DNA from: a virus
IMG/VR virus record: IMGVR_UViG_3300021963_007958
Reading direction: 5' to 3' (one strand)
DNA length: 64,000 bases
Shown here one piece after another: positions 41,342 through 51,437 of the stretch (the stretch's first letter is position 1; each line of letters starts with the position of its first letter). The translations under genes and the position numbers were made by a program. The notes beneath the pieces are model-generated. The model ran no database searches. It was not told the DNA's origin and worked only from the letters and a program-made list of their open reading frames with translations.

Positions 41342-42528
41342 AGTCCAATGTCATCTAGAGCGGAAAGCATCTCTGCATCTGCTTTTGTATCTTCAGGAAT
41401 TTCAATCTCTCTCAGAATTTTCTTAACCCTAAAGTCGTTCCAGATAGATTTGAGTCCAACTACGAATCTCTCCCCGTTTTGTTCTATTTCTTTCTTGATG
41501 TTATCAGGAGCTAATTTTTCCCTGATTGGATCTTTTGGTGCTTTTCCGGTCTTGATAAAATCAGGATCGGTGAACATGCTCAGGTAAGCAACTATCCAAC
41601 TCTTAGTTTCCTTTGCTACATTCAGAGCTCTTCTTAGAACCACGGGCTTAAGACCATTTTTTTCCAGATTGACATAATAATCTTTATCTAGAGGAAGTCC
41701 TTCTAGACTGTATAGATTCTCACATAAGTTAAATGAATAGGTAGGGGTTCTAGGATTACCGGTAATCAAAATTGGAGCTCCTTCTAGAGAAGAAAGGGAA
41801 TGACAGTAACTGGCAGAAAAAGAAGCATAAGGATTATTTATTTCTACCGGGGCTCCTTTTAAGCTCCTTATCCGAGTTGAATTACATTCATAGTTTCCAG
41901 TTCTTTTTGGTCCACCTTCTAGAGACGTAAGATTGTAGCAATCTGTAATATTGAATGCCTCTCCTACTTCTTCCGGTGATCCTTCTAAGCTATTTAATTT
42001 TTGATTAGAACTCAAATTGCAAGATTTTCCGACTTTCTTTGGACCTCCAACTAAATTTTCGAATTTATTATTTGAAGCATTAAAATTTCCTGTTACCTCT
42101 TCAGGGAATCCTTCCATCGAGGTTAGCATACAGGCATTAATCCAAAAATCTCCGTCCACCTTTCCAAATTTAAGCCCCAGGAGACTTCCTTCTTTAAAAT
42201 CTTGGACTGATGGTCCATTAAATCTTCCTACAACATCAATTAGTCCAGTCTCTGGATTTATACTCCAGGATGAATCTGGATCACTGCCCCATCTCTTCTC
42301 GACTGCTTTGTCTAGAGCTTTAATCTGTCTAGGAGTTAATTTACCAGACCATCCTGGTTCTTCTATTTCCAGCTCCTTACAAATCTTACCATAATCTTTA
42401 CCGGAAGAGTCACAATACCTTCTAAGAGTTAGAAGGAAATCCTTCATCTCCTTTGGATCAAGTTGATCCATATTTTGTAGCTCTTCGTAAAGAGCAAATG
42501 GTAATAAAGTCTTAATTTTCTTGTTCAT
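41338..42528 (-). CDS. phage LRR protein (~7 degenerate repeats) with C-terminal tag
   Basis: W.INPETGL.DV.G cap, LxSLEGxPxxV repeats, ends SALDDIGL. Confidence 0.75.
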   Translation of the reverse strand: MNKKIKTLLPFALYEELQNMDQLDPKEMKDFLLTLRRYCDSSGKDYGKICKELEIEEPGWSGKLTPRQIKALDKAVEKRWGSDPDSSWSINPETGLIDVVGRFNGPSVQDFKEGSLLGLKFGKVDGDFWINACMLTSMEGFPEEVTGNFNASNNKFENLVGGPKKVGKSCNLSSNQKLNSLEGSPEEVGEAFNITDCYNLTSLEGGPKRTGNYECNSTRIRSLKGAPVEINNPYASFSASYCHSLSSLEGAPILITGNPRTPTYSFNLCENLYSLEGLPLDKDYYVNLEKNGLKPVVLRRALNVAKETKSWIVAYLSMFTDPDFIKTGKAPKDPIREKLAPDNIKKEIEQNGERFVVGLKSIWNDFRVKKILREIEIPEDTKADAEMLSALDDIGL

Positions 42529-42566
42529 CCAGGACGATTCTTATTTCTGTCCTGTATATATCCAAA

Positions 42567-43526
42567 TTAGAATATTGCTTTGCAGATCTCTGCTGTAGCT
42601 TTAGATCTGGACATCGTGTAAAAGTGCAGAACGGGTGCCCCACCCTTAATTAAATCTTTACATTGTTCGATCGACCATCTGATACCTACCTCGGAAACTT
42701 CTTGGTTATTTTCACACCCCTCTATCTCTTTAGCGAGATCTTTGGGAATATCTAGACCAAAGACTCTAGGAAGAGTCCAGAGCTGACCCTTAGTAGTAAT
42801 TGGTTTCAGCCCAGGGATGATTGGAACATCGATTCCGTTTTTTCTGCACTTGTCAACAAAAGACCAGTATGCACCATTATCGAAGAACATCTGTGTAACG
42901 AAGAACTCTGCTCCCAGATTTCTTTTGAACTTCATCCACTCCATGTCCATGTCCATATTGGGGGATTCTAAATACTTTTCGGGATAGCATGCTCCTCCAT
43001 AACAGAAATCAGACGCTCCACCCTGAAGGTCCTCGTCTAGATAAATCCCATTGTTCATGTTTTGGATTTGAGACATTAGATCCGTCGAATTTCTATTTCC
43101 GGTGGGTTCTGGAACAAACGAGGATTCTCCTTTTCTTGGATCCCCTCTTAAAGCCAGAATATTGTCAATTCCTAAAAAATTAAGGTCAATCAAGGCGTTC
43201 TCTGTGTCCTCCTTGGTAAATCCCCCGCAGACTAAATGGGGAACTGCGTCAATTCCATATTTGTTCTGGATGGCGGAGCAGATTGCAACTGTTCCGGGTC
43301 TTTTTCGGGTGCTATATTTTTTAAGTGTTCCCTCCTGGGTCTCCTTAAACACATAGTCTTCTCTATGGTAAGTTACATCAATGAAAGAAGGATTGAATTC
43401 TAGAAGTTCGTCTATCGTCTGATAGATAGAGTTTATCTGTTGTCCTTTCATGGGAGGAAGAATTTCGAAAGAAAATAAAGTCTTTCCCTTCTCCTTTGCT
43501 TGAATAATATGATCTTTAATCTTCAC
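42567..43526 (-). CDS. metF: methylenetetrahydrofolate reductase
   Basis: FSFE..PP.KG, DVTYH, PHL.C, LALRGD, TQMFFD, LHFYT. Confidence 0.96.
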   Translation of the reverse strand: MKIKDHIIQAKEKGKTLFSFEILPPMKGQQINSIYQTIDELLEFNPSFIDVTYHREDYVFKETQEGTLKKYSTRKRPGTVAICSAIQNKYGIDAVPHLVCGGFTKEDTENALIDLNFLGIDNILALRGDPRKGESSFVPEPTGNRNSTDLMSQIQNMNNGIYLDEDLQGGASDFCYGGACYPEKYLESPNMDMDMEWMKFKRNLGAEFFVTQMFFDNGAYWSFVDKCRKNGIDVPIIPGLKPITTKGQLWTLPRVFGLDIPKDLAKEIEGCENNQEVSEVGIRWSIEQCKDLIKGGAPVLHFYTMSRSKATAEICKAIF

Positions 43527-43532
43527 TTATTT

Positions 43533-44435
43533 TTATACTGAGAGGAGTGGAGAACGTTTCATATTAATAAGACTTTGGTATTTGCCGGAATCGTCACAGA
43601 GAAAAGTAACTGCTCTTTGATCCGGTTCTGTGGATCTTTCCGCCGCCAGGATGTTTGCTGCTGCAGAAATTCCTGCAGAAATTCCAGCCTCTGCCAGATC
43701 TTTAACCTTCTGAATTGCTTCTTCTGTGCTGATTAAAACTATCTCGTCAACTAGATCCAATTCGACTAAATATTTACTTCCGTCACCTATTCCCTGGATA
43801 CCGTGAACTTTAGATGCGGGGAGATTGGTTCCGTAGAATGAGTTATACATAATTGGACACTCTTTAGGTTCAACAGCAATTATTCGAATGGAAGAGTTTA
43901 GTTTTTTAAGTTCTCCTCCGACCCCCATAATAGTTCCCCCCGTTCCCGTTCCGGCAACCAAGACGTCGACTTTCATATTCATCTGATACCAGATCTCGAC
44001 AGCGGTCGTCTTAGCATGACATTCTATATTCTGAAGATTCTCAAACTGCATAGGGGACCAATATCCCTCCTCGACCATCTGATTTCTAAGTTTAATTGCC
44101 CCTTCAAAATCTCCAGGATCTGTTTCAATTAGAGTTGCTCCATAGGACTTAACGAGGTCTTTTCTCTCCTGAGACATATTACTCGGCATGATAACCGTCA
44201 TATCATATCCTCTTTCGGAGCAGAGATAAGAAAATGAAATTGCAGTGTTTCCCGAGGATGCTTCTACTACCTTCTTTCCCTTGTGTAAAATCCCGTCTTC
44301 TTCGGCCCTGTCGAGAATCCAAACTGCTATTCTATCCTTGATGGATCCTGTCGGATTTAAATACTCTGCTTTTGCAAAAATTTGATCTTTAATTTTAACT
44401 AGTGGTGTTGAACCAACGGAATTCTTTTCTTTCAT
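43533..44435 (-). CDS. cysK: PLP-dependent cysteine synthase family protein
   Basis: G.TPLV, K.E..NPTGSIKDR, EASSGNT, GTGTGGT, IQGIG. Confidence 0.88.
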   Translation of the reverse strand: MKEKNSVGSTPLVKIKDQIFAKAEYLNPTGSIKDRIAVWILDRAEEDGILHKGKKVVEASSGNTAISFSYLCSERGYDMTVIMPSNMSQERKDLVKSYGATLIETDPGDFEGAIKLRNQMVEEGYWSPMQFENLQNIECHAKTTAVEIWYQMNMKVDVLVAGTGTGGTIMGVGGELKKLNSSIRIIAVEPKECPIMYNSFYGTNLPASKVHGIQGIGDGSKYLVELDLVDEIVLISTEEAIQKVKDLAEAGISAGISAAANILAAERSTEPDQRAVTFLCDDSGKYQSLINMKRSPLLSV

Positions 44436-44466
44436 GTGAGGGGATTAGAATTTATATATCAAAGAA

Positions 44467-44494
44467 AAACCCAGACTGGTTAAGGTCTGGGTTT
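44467..44494 (-). terminator. intrinsic terminator
   Basis: AAACCCAGAC/GTCTGGGTTT stem; U-tract on minus strand. Confidence 0.75.
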
Positions 44495-44499
44495 CTATA

Positions 44500-44799
44500 T
44501 TAAATCAGTTCGCAGATGGGTACTTTTACATACCCGGATTCAACGAACCGGTGGGGTTCTTTGACGATTTCGTTTTGAACCAGAAATTCTAATATTCCTT
44601 CATTTTCTGACCAGTCCTTAATAGCTACTTCTCCCTGTTCCAGTTTTTCTTCTATTCTTGTGGTAGCTGTTGCATAGGGGGTTCCGTCATTGGAATCATA
44701 AAGCTGGATTCTAATTCCTCCGTCCTTATAAGTTTCTGTTCTGACGAACAGAAGATATCTTTCGCCAAATGGGGAGTTATAAGAAAAGATGGTCGGCAT
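44500..44799 (-). CDS. DUF4313-like protein
   Basis: Y..G...IQL...G.PY..AT...IKD.SENEG...L...SGYV..P. Confidence 0.6.
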   Translation of the reverse strand: MPTIFSYNSPFGERYLLFVRTETYKDGGIRIQLYDSNDGTPYATATTRIEEKLEQGEVAIKDWSENEGILEFLVQNEIVKEPHRFVESGYVKVPICELI

Positions 44800-45743
44800 T
44801 ATTTTTTTCTAAGAACGATTCCAGCCTGATAAGAAGGAACGGGAACACCCGGATACATCTTAGGGTAAGTTCTCATAAACATCGTTTCGGGAACGTGCCT
44901 GTGAAGATAAAGACCATGATATTCAACATCAGGATTATTTTCAAGAACTTCGTTTGCAATCATGCTGCTCAGAAGGTATGGCTTTTTATTCTGGATCATA
45001 TCTTTAATTAGAATAACAAAGTATCCTCCCGGCTTTAAGAACTCAATTGCTTGGCTATACATGGAATTAACAAGATCCCAATATTCAGTTCCTTTAGTTA
45101 GTCCAATATTGTTTGGATTTTGATAGTCAAACGTAAGGTCCTTTTCAACTTCCATCTTCTCTTCTCCATCTTCTACTTTTTTAGTTAGCTTCTTTCTTTC
45201 TGGGGCATCCGAAGATTTTCCACTTAATTTTGGATACGGAGTTCCGTTGATAACTAAGCTTAGTTGACCTCTTTTAATTCCCGCAGACTCTAAATTTTGA
45301 GCTGTGTTTCTAGCATCTCCTTGCATCAGGATAGCTTCTACCGAAGGATTTGGAGTCTGAGCATCAATGTTAGTTCTAGCAATTTTTGGAAATTCCAATT
45401 CAACCCCAACTGAATTTCTTCCGTTGTTGTAAGATTCAACTAAGGTAGTTCCTGTCCCACAGGTTGGATCAAATACCCAATCCCCAGGTTCTGTGAAATT
45501 TTGAATTGCCCATCTATATCCTTGCCAGTGTCCCGGACAAAGGTGCTTATCTTCCTGCTTAGGGTAGTATTTATATCTAGCAGTTTGACTGTAATATTTT
45601 CCCACACTTGTGTCAAAAATCTCTCCCAGAAAATTTTCGGTGAAGTCTTCTGTGTGATAATCTGCTGGGATCCCGGGTCTAGTAGATAGAGTTTCCGTCG
45701 GTGTAATTTCGTTCTGGTAAACAGTTTCTGGTTTCTTTGCCAT
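44799..45743 (-). CDS. DNA amino-methyltransferase-like protein
   Basis: VFDPTCGTGTT motif I, GVELE, GDAR, atypical motif IV NGTPY, LKPGG. Confidence 0.7.
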   Translation of the reverse strand: MAKKPETVYQNEITPTETLSTRPGIPADYHTEDFTENFLGEIFDTSVGKYYSQTARYKYYPKQEDKHLCPGHWQGYRWAIQNFTEPGDWVFDPTCGTGTTLVESYNNGRNSVGVELEFPKIARTNIDAQTPNPSVEAILMQGDARNTAQNLESAGIKRGQLSLVINGTPYPKLSGKSSDAPERKKLTKKVEDGEEKMEVEKDLTFDYQNPNNIGLTKGTEYWDLVNSMYSQAIEFLKPGGYFVILIKDMIQNKKPYLLSSMIANEVLENNPDVEYHGLYLHRHVPETMFMRTYPKMYPGVPVPSYQAGIVLRKK

Positions 45744-45810
45744 TTCTAATTTTAAGTTTATATTGTAGTTTATTTAAAAAGTTCCTTTTTTTATATTAAA
45801 AATATTGGAT

Positions 45811-46563
45811 TTATCCTGCTACAGGTAAAGACTTAGATTCTTCTTTATTTTTTTCTGCTTCTCTGAACCATCTGATATTTCCGTCCCAAAGTGCATCTCC
45901 GTGGTTGATTTGACCCAGGTCCCTAGCTTCTTCCAGATGTTCTTCGTCGAGGTCTTCTGTATCACGAAGACCTTTATATCGAGATCTTTCGTAGTATTCT
46001 TTCCACCACTTCCATTGGTTTTTCTTTCCCTTGAATTCTCCTATGTAGTCAGGGACAATTCTAATTTCTCCGGGGTGATAGTCAGATGAGATTATCGTTG
46101 CTGGAAGATTATAATACCAGATTCTTCTCCCGTTCTCTTTTTCTGGATCAAAAAAGTTATATGGGTGCTCGGAGATTAAAGTGACATAGTACTGGGCTTT
46201 AGACATTGCAAATCCCAAATCCGAAGCACCGAAAGAATAAATCTCTCTACCGTTTGCTTTGATGATACACCTTCCGCTGCTTCTGATGTCAGTTGATCCC
46301 CACTTGTTCTTAGTGTAGTTTGACTGTTTAAAGTTTATCTCCCAGCAGATTCTATGAACTCCCCTACAGATAAAAGGATCTAATGTTCCACCCTCCATCT
46401 CTATCCAATAGGTTGGAGTTTCATTGTTCCACTTTCCATAGTCGTGCTCATATCCATCAATATCCCAGACCTGGTGCTCAGTGTCTCCAATTAAAATCTT
46501 ATAAACTTCTCGGCACCTGGAGAATTTATTTTTTGCTTCTTCTATTGTTATCTGTTTTTCCAT
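45811..46563 (-). CDS. hypothetical protein (start probably MEKQ at 46563)
   Basis: Upstream extension overlaps 46526-46849. Confidence 0.6.
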   Translation of the reverse strand: MEKQITIEEAKNKFSRCREVYKILIGDTEHQVWDIDGYEHDYGKWNNETPTYWIEMEGGTLDPFICRGVHRICWEINFKQSNYTKNKWGSTDIRSSGRCIIKANGREIYSFGASDLGFAMSKAQYYVTLISEHPYNFFDPEKENGRRIWYYNLPATIISSDYHPGEIRIVPDYIGEFKGKKNQWKWWKEYYERSRYKGLRDTEDLDEEHLEEARDLGQINHGDALWDGNIRWFREAEKNKEESKSLPVAG

Positions 46564-46849
46564 TTTTCCGACTGTATTTGAACTTAGTGTAAATTCTACC
46601 GTAAGAACTCCACTTAAAAAGCAGGAATCCAACTTTTGTTTTATTGTGGATTTCTCCATATAAAAAATAGGTTCTTCTAAATTCAAAAGGTGAGGTCAGC
46701 TCAACCGAGAGCGAGTTCACTTTCAAAGCATCTGCAATCCAAACGTTGTACTTGTGTTTAACACTACAAAGAGTTATTCCCCATTTAAAGAATATCCTCA
46801 GCTTCTTTGGTTTTAGATTTTTTTGTATTTCTGGGTAGAGTATTTGCAT
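46526..46849 (-). CDS. hypothetical protein
   Basis: Start coupled to upstream stop codon. Confidence 0.5.
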   Translation of the reverse strand: MQILYPEIQKNLKPKKLRIFFKWGITLCSVKHKYNVWIADALKVNSLSVELTSPFEFRRTYFLYGEIHNKTKVGFLLFKWSSYGRIYTKFKYSRKNGKTDNNRRSKK

Positions 46850-47427
46850 TAGTCTCCGTAGTTTAAATCGATAACATCTTTGGATAGTTTATCTAGTGCC
46901 TGAGCGTAATACTTCTCGTTAAAGCCACGTTTGTTCCGTGGGGATGGTAACACATGGACAAAGTGATTGCGTTGATTATACAACATGTCAGAGTCATCGT
47001 CGATGATGATATAGTTCTCCACTCCAGTCTTCCCCATGTATTCCCTCTGTATGTCTTTGTCCCAGTTGATGTGGCTGAATTTTAAATCCTCCTTAAGGTA
47101 ATAGTCGATCTCCACACCTCTTGGAATGTTAAATCCCTTTATTCTCATGCTAGGAGTTATTCCTATAATCTCCCCTTCCATTTCCTCCATCTCCCAGACC
47201 TTCTTCATAAAATCTATTCCACTATGTCTCCAAGTGGATGAAATTACTATCTTTGCTCCTGTTTCTCTGATTAGTTTGTTCATTAGATCTTTAGACCAAG
47301 AACAAAATCTCTGATAGTGGTCTTTCCTTCCATCTTCCCAAACCCATTCTTGATACTGGCACTCTCCGGATCTATATGCTTCTTCGCAATTTAGAACACC
47401 GTCGATATCGAGGAATATAATTTTCAT
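46849..47427 (-). CDS. HAD-domain protein (RNA-repair-associated 'Swiss Army Knife' type)
   Basis: IIFLDIDGVLN, IVISSTWR, RG.EI, IIDDDSD. Confidence 0.82.
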   Translation of the reverse strand: MKIIFLDIDGVLNCEEAYRSGECQYQEWVWEDGRKDHYQRFCSWSKDLMNKLIRETGAKIVISSTWRHSGIDFMKKVWEMEEMEGEIIGITPSMRIKGFNIPRGVEIDYYLKEDLKFSHINWDKDIQREYMGKTGVENYIIIDDDSDMLYNQRNHFVHVLPSPRNKRGFNEKYYAQALDKLSKDVIDLNYGD

Positions 47428-47428
47428 T

Positions 47429-48667
47429 TTATGAATATACGTTCTTTTCCAGAAGTTCGTCGATAGCTTTAACAGCTTCCCGTGAATTTAATTTGTTCTC
47501 TAGACAGATATTTTGAACGTCGACCATTGGAAGGAGTCCTTTGGTAAAAATCTCAATCTTTTCCCCGTAGAATCTAGAAAGATAATCTGAAATTTCTTTT
47601 TCCGAAGAGTATCCAATTTCAATTTTCAAATCCATTCTTCCTGCCCTGAGAAGAGCTGGGTCCATCTTCTCCACGTGATTAGTTGTGATAATAACTAAAA
47701 CCCCATTAAGCTCAACAATTCCGTCCAGAGCATTTAAAAATCCAGAAAAGGTAACTCCCTTAGTTCCAATCCTTTTTCTCTTATCAAACGTAGAGTCTAT
47801 ATCTTCAAAAAGAAGAATCGATCCAGGCTCAATATCCCTTAGTAGATAGAGAAGATCATCGTCCTCTGTCTTCTTTAGATTGAGATTGTAAATATTAAAT
47901 CCATACTCTTTTGCGAGGGCTTTTACAATCGTGGTCTTTCCCGTTCCCGGAGGTCCATAGTAACAGTGTCCTCTTTTATATGGAATTCCTTTTCTAATGT
48001 ACTCGCTCTTAGAAGATCTCCACTCCTCTATGTCTTTTATAATTTTTGACTTGGTCTCGTCTTTAAGAATAACTTCAGAAATTTTCTTCCCTCCAACTTT
48101 GGAGATCCTCTGGAAATAGTGGTGCTCCGACTGATAAACATGCTGAGATTTTGCTTTCTTGCTATATTCATCATTTATTTTTTCCATCAGATTACGAATT
48201 GCCTTGGATGCAAAAATCCCTCTGAAAGTGTAATTTTTAAGATAAGCAGACTTTAGAGACGAAGCATTTTCTAACTTCTCTTTTCCATAGCTTATTCTTA
48301 CCAACCTCCAGTCAATCCACTTATAAAAATAATCATCAACGGGGGTTTCTATCAGATCAGTACTATCGCTATCTACTGCAGGAAATTCTTCTCCTCTCGG
48401 AGGACCAGAAGAAAACTCTACATTTCTAACTTTGACTTTATGGTTTTCGTTAAACCACTGAGTTAGATGATAATAAAGCCCTTCCGTTTGGTAGACAGTA
48501 GCCTTATAGGTTGTGATTCTAATAATTCGTTCCCAGATGGATTTTGGAACTCCCTTGAGGGACATTAAAACTGCAGTTAAAACCGAAGCAAAAGCTGCAG
48601 CACTAAAAAATTGATTAGTGCTGAGCTGCGTCTTGACGTATTCTAAAATCTCGTTCCAGGATGGCAT
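47429..48667 (-). CDS. BCS1-like membrane-anchored AAA ATPase
   Basis: N-terminal TM, GIPYKRG...GPPGTGKT, EDID, TFSGFLNALDG, TTNH...DPAL.R.GRMD. Confidence 0.88.
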   Translation of the reverse strand: MPSWNEILEYVKTQLSTNQFFSAAAFASVLTAVLMSLKGVPKSIWERIIRITTYKATVYQTEGLYYHLTQWFNENHKVKVRNVEFSSGPPRGEEFPAVDSDSTDLIETPVDDYFYKWIDWRLVRISYGKEKLENASSLKSAYLKNYTFRGIFASKAIRNLMEKINDEYSKKAKSQHVYQSEHHYFQRISKVGGKKISEVILKDETKSKIIKDIEEWRSSKSEYIRKGIPYKRGHCYYGPPGTGKTTIVKALAKEYGFNIYNLNLKKTEDDDLLYLLRDIEPGSILLFEDIDSTFDKRKRIGTKGVTFSGFLNALDGIVELNGVLVIITTNHVEKMDPALLRAGRMDLKIEIGYSSEKEISDYLSRFYGEKIEIFTKGLLPMVDVQNICLENKLNSREAVKAIDELLEKNVYS

Positions 48668-49347
48668 TAATATTGAGTTCTAAGGAGTTGAACAACATCC
48701 CATGCATCTTCAAGAGCATCATGAGTAACTATTCCGTCTACCTTTGCTCTCTCTTTACACTTTCCTAAACCTGGCATAGACTCGTCATTCTTCCAGTCTA
48801 CGAAGAGAACTGAAGGGTCTATATGGCGGTTTCTAATCCTAAAGATCTGTTTCCATCTTGGAAGTCTTTCTATATAGGTTTGATCTCCAGAGTGAAAGTT
48901 CTTTCCGGCAACGTTTAGATGAAACGGCTTCATCTTCGTAGTTAGAGCTGGATATGTCTTCATGTTGACAACCTCCACGGTCTTCGTATAATCAAATTCT
49001 GGAGTGATTGCACCTGCATCAATCAAGAAGTGAAAAAAAGATTTGGCAACTTCTTCTTCCCTTAGAAATTTCATTCCAGTCATTTGAACTAGATCGTTCT
49101 TTTCATCTTGGTTTTTAGCTGTTGAATAGTAGGTGATTTTTTCAATCAGATCCTTGTTCATATTCAGAGCATAAAGTTCACCCTGTAATATGTCTCTTTC
49201 CCCTCTCAAAATAGCACAATGAAATTTTGGAATTTCCTCGAAAGGCAATTTCTTCTCTGTGTCCTCAACTATTGCTCCAATGGAGAGTAGCTGACAGGTC
49301 TCGGGGTTTAACCCTGTTGTCTCTGTATCTATGCTGATGTAAATCAT
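48667..49347 (-). CDS. DEDDh 3'-5' exonuclease
   Basis: SIDTETTGL, GKN...D, HDALEDA. Confidence 0.85.
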   Translation of the reverse strand: MIYISIDTETTGLNPETCQLLSIGAIVEDTEKKLPFEEIPKFHCAILRGERDILQGELYALNMNKDLIEKITYYSTAKNQDEKNDLVQMTGMKFLREEEVAKSFFHFLIDAGAITPEFDYTKTVEVVNMKTYPALTTKMKPFHLNVAGKNFHSGDQTYIERLPRWKQIFRIRNRHIDPSVLFVDWKNDESMPGLGKCKERAKVDGIVTHDALEDAWDVVQLLRTQY

Positions 49348-49350
49348 ATT

Positions 49351-49749
49351 TTATTTTATTTTATCGATTGCAATAATAGATCCCTGACCATCCATAATCT
49401 GAATGACATAGGATCCTAATTTATAAATTGACCGGGTGAACATGTTGGCATAAAGATCGACTTCTTCATCCGTGCATTCTTCACCATGGGTTTCAGCTAC
49501 TCCAAAGAGAACCCAAAGAAGTTCCTCTCTGGGTTGGAATCCCATCCCATATTCTCTGTCCCTATATTTGTCGGACTCATACCATTTAAGCATGTGATCA
49601 ATAGATCCGTCGAGGTCTTCCTTAATTCTCCCCCACATTCTTTCAATCCATCGATCCTTGTGAGCTAGATCTTTTGCTAGCTTTTCCACATATTTTTCCA
49701 TGTCTTTCCGACCTTCCTCGGAGTCTAGATATTCTGATAAGTCTCTCAT
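49351..49749 (-). CDS. hypothetical protein
   Basis: 132-aa coupled ORF. Confidence 0.65.
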   Translation of the reverse strand: MRDLSEYLDSEEGRKDMEKYVEKLAKDLAHKDRWIERMWGRIKEDLDGSIDHMLKWYESDKYRDREYGMGFQPREELLWVLFGVAETHGEECTDEEVDLYANMFTRSIYKLGSYVIQIMDGQGSIIAIDKIK

Positions 49750-50490
49750 TTATTTTTCCATTGTTGGTTTAAGCCAAAGTGAGTTGTCTCTGAAAATGTA
49801 GTTTCTAAGTGCAGGAAACTCGTGGAGATATTTTAAAGTTCTGATTGTATTATGCTTAAAACACTTAAAAAGTTCTTCCCTGATTCTTTCGGTTGAAACC
49901 ACACCCATTTTAGTTTCATAGTCGTAATCTTGGATAACCCCGTCCATGTAAACTCCCATGTAGAATCCTTTGGTGATACAAAAACGAACAGCTCTTAAAA
50001 TTCTAAGCGGGTCGTCGTCAAAGGTAACTTTACAGTCCAAGGGGGTAATTAGCTGCCCAATCTTTAAGTGTCTCTGTCCTTCGAAGAAGTCGATGATTTT
50101 TCCATCTTCATCTTTAGCCAAAGCATTAAGTGTAAAGTCTCTTCTCTGAAGATCATCGAAGAGTGTTCCTGGAACTACGATTGGGGTCCTAGTTCCAGGG
50201 ACGTATCCAACTTCTTTCCTTGCCATGACAAAGTCTGCAACACCTTGGTGTTTGTGTCCGGCTGGAAATTTAGCTCTGATGGTAAAGCAGTCGGGGGTTA
50301 CTAAAAATACCTCAAATCCTTCTGATCTCAAATAACCTTCAAGGATTCCAAACATCGTATGAGCCGAGGAAATATCTTTCAAAAGATCTTCGGTTGGAAC
50401 CGCAACATAATCAATGTCCTTAGATTCTAAACCTAAGATCTCATCTCTAACTCTTCCTCCGACTTCATAAAATGTAAAATCCTTTTTCAT
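49750..50490 (-). CDS. class II tRNA nucleotidyltransferase / poly(A) polymerase
   Basis: VGG.VRD..LG...DIDY, RRDFT.NALA, DDPLRILRA.RF, ERI..E. Confidence 0.92.
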   Translation of the reverse strand: MKKDFTFYEVGGRVRDEILGLESKDIDYVAVPTEDLLKDISSAHTMFGILEGYLRSEGFEVFLVTPDCFTIRAKFPAGHKHQGVADFVMARKEVGYVPGTRTPIVVPGTLFDDLQRRDFTLNALAKDEDGKIIDFFEGQRHLKIGQLITPLDCKVTFDDDPLRILRAVRFCITKGFYMGVYMDGVIQDYDYETKMGVVSTERIREELFKCFKHNTIRTLKYLHEFPALRNYIFRDNSLWLKPTMEK

Positions 50491-50507
50491 TACTGAAATA
50501 TACGGAC

Positions 50508-50828
50508 TTATCTTTCTAGTGGTGTAAAATATCTAAGGTACCCAATATGAGAAGATGTTGTATCTTTCCATTTTCCAGTGGTTTGTTCATAACGAACATA
50601 TCCTCTCTTTACTTCTATAATTTTTACGAAAAGAGTATCGTGTTTCTCAAATGGATTTCCTTCATGACTAACGAGAAACATTTCTCGACCGGGCTCAATC
50701 GGATTTCTATAGTTTTGATACTTTTCGTGTCCCCAAGAAATTGTTTCGACCACAGTCCAAGCTAACATTCCTGAAAATAGGACGATGCCTAGAGTTTTAA
50801 ATAACGGATATAATTTATTTTCTTTCAT
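50508..50828 (-). CDS. hypothetical membrane protein
   Basis: N-terminal hydrophobic helix. Confidence 0.6.
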   Translation of the reverse strand: MKENKLYPLFKTLGIVLFSGMLAWTVVETISWGHEKYQNYRNPIEPGREMFLVSHEGNPFEKHDTLFVKIIEVKRGYVRYEQTTGKWKDTTSSHIGYLRYFTPLER

Positions 50829-50838
50829 AATCTTATTA

Positions 50839-51435
50839 TTAGTCCCACCATTTTTCTATGTTTCGTTCCATGAGGGAGAATAGTATCTTTCTCGCCCTAT
50901 TGTGGTTGTAGTGTGACATCCACATAGCTAGAGTTTGATCCGAAACTTCACTATAGTGCCATTTTTCCCTGGTCATTGAAGATTTTAAAGCTCTTCTGTA
51001 GGTATTAGGGTGCTTGGAAAAATAGTCAGATAAATTTTGGGAAATGGTTTCTATATTAAGTTTCGACAGATCTGAATCTTCTATTTTCTCGAAGGAGAAT
51101 TCTTGCTCCATGTAGTCGGTGTGTTCCAAATCATAGAACTGATCCTGGATTTTTTCTATTAATCCGACACAGGTCATCATGATCTGGACATCTCTTTCAC
51201 ACCCAATGTACCTGTCGTTCTTTCTGATATACTTGGCAGTATTTTCGATTTTGAATTTTAGAGCTTCGAAGATGAAGTGGTCGTCCCAGTCTCTGTCTTT
51301 CCAAACTAGGCGAAACCATTTGCAGAGGTTTCTAAATCCCTGTGCAAGATCCCTATGAGCATGTTTAGCATCCCATTTAATCCATCTATAGATTCTCCAA
51401 TGCCACCTATTATGTTCTTTCATTCTCTCATTCAT
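50839..51435 (-). CDS. hypothetical phage protein
   Basis: WKDRDWD...WWD Trp-rich pattern. Confidence 0.65.
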   Translation of the reverse strand: MNERMKEHNRWHWRIYRWIKWDAKHAHRDLAQGFRNLCKWFRLVWKDRDWDDHFIFEALKFKIENTAKYIRKNDRYIGCERDVQIMMTCVGLIEKIQDQFYDLEHTDYMEQEFSFEKIEDSDLSKLNIETISQNLSDYFSKHPNTYRRALKSSMTREKWHYSEVSDQTLAMWMSHYNHNRARKILFSLMERNIEKWWD

Positions 51436-51437
51436 AC

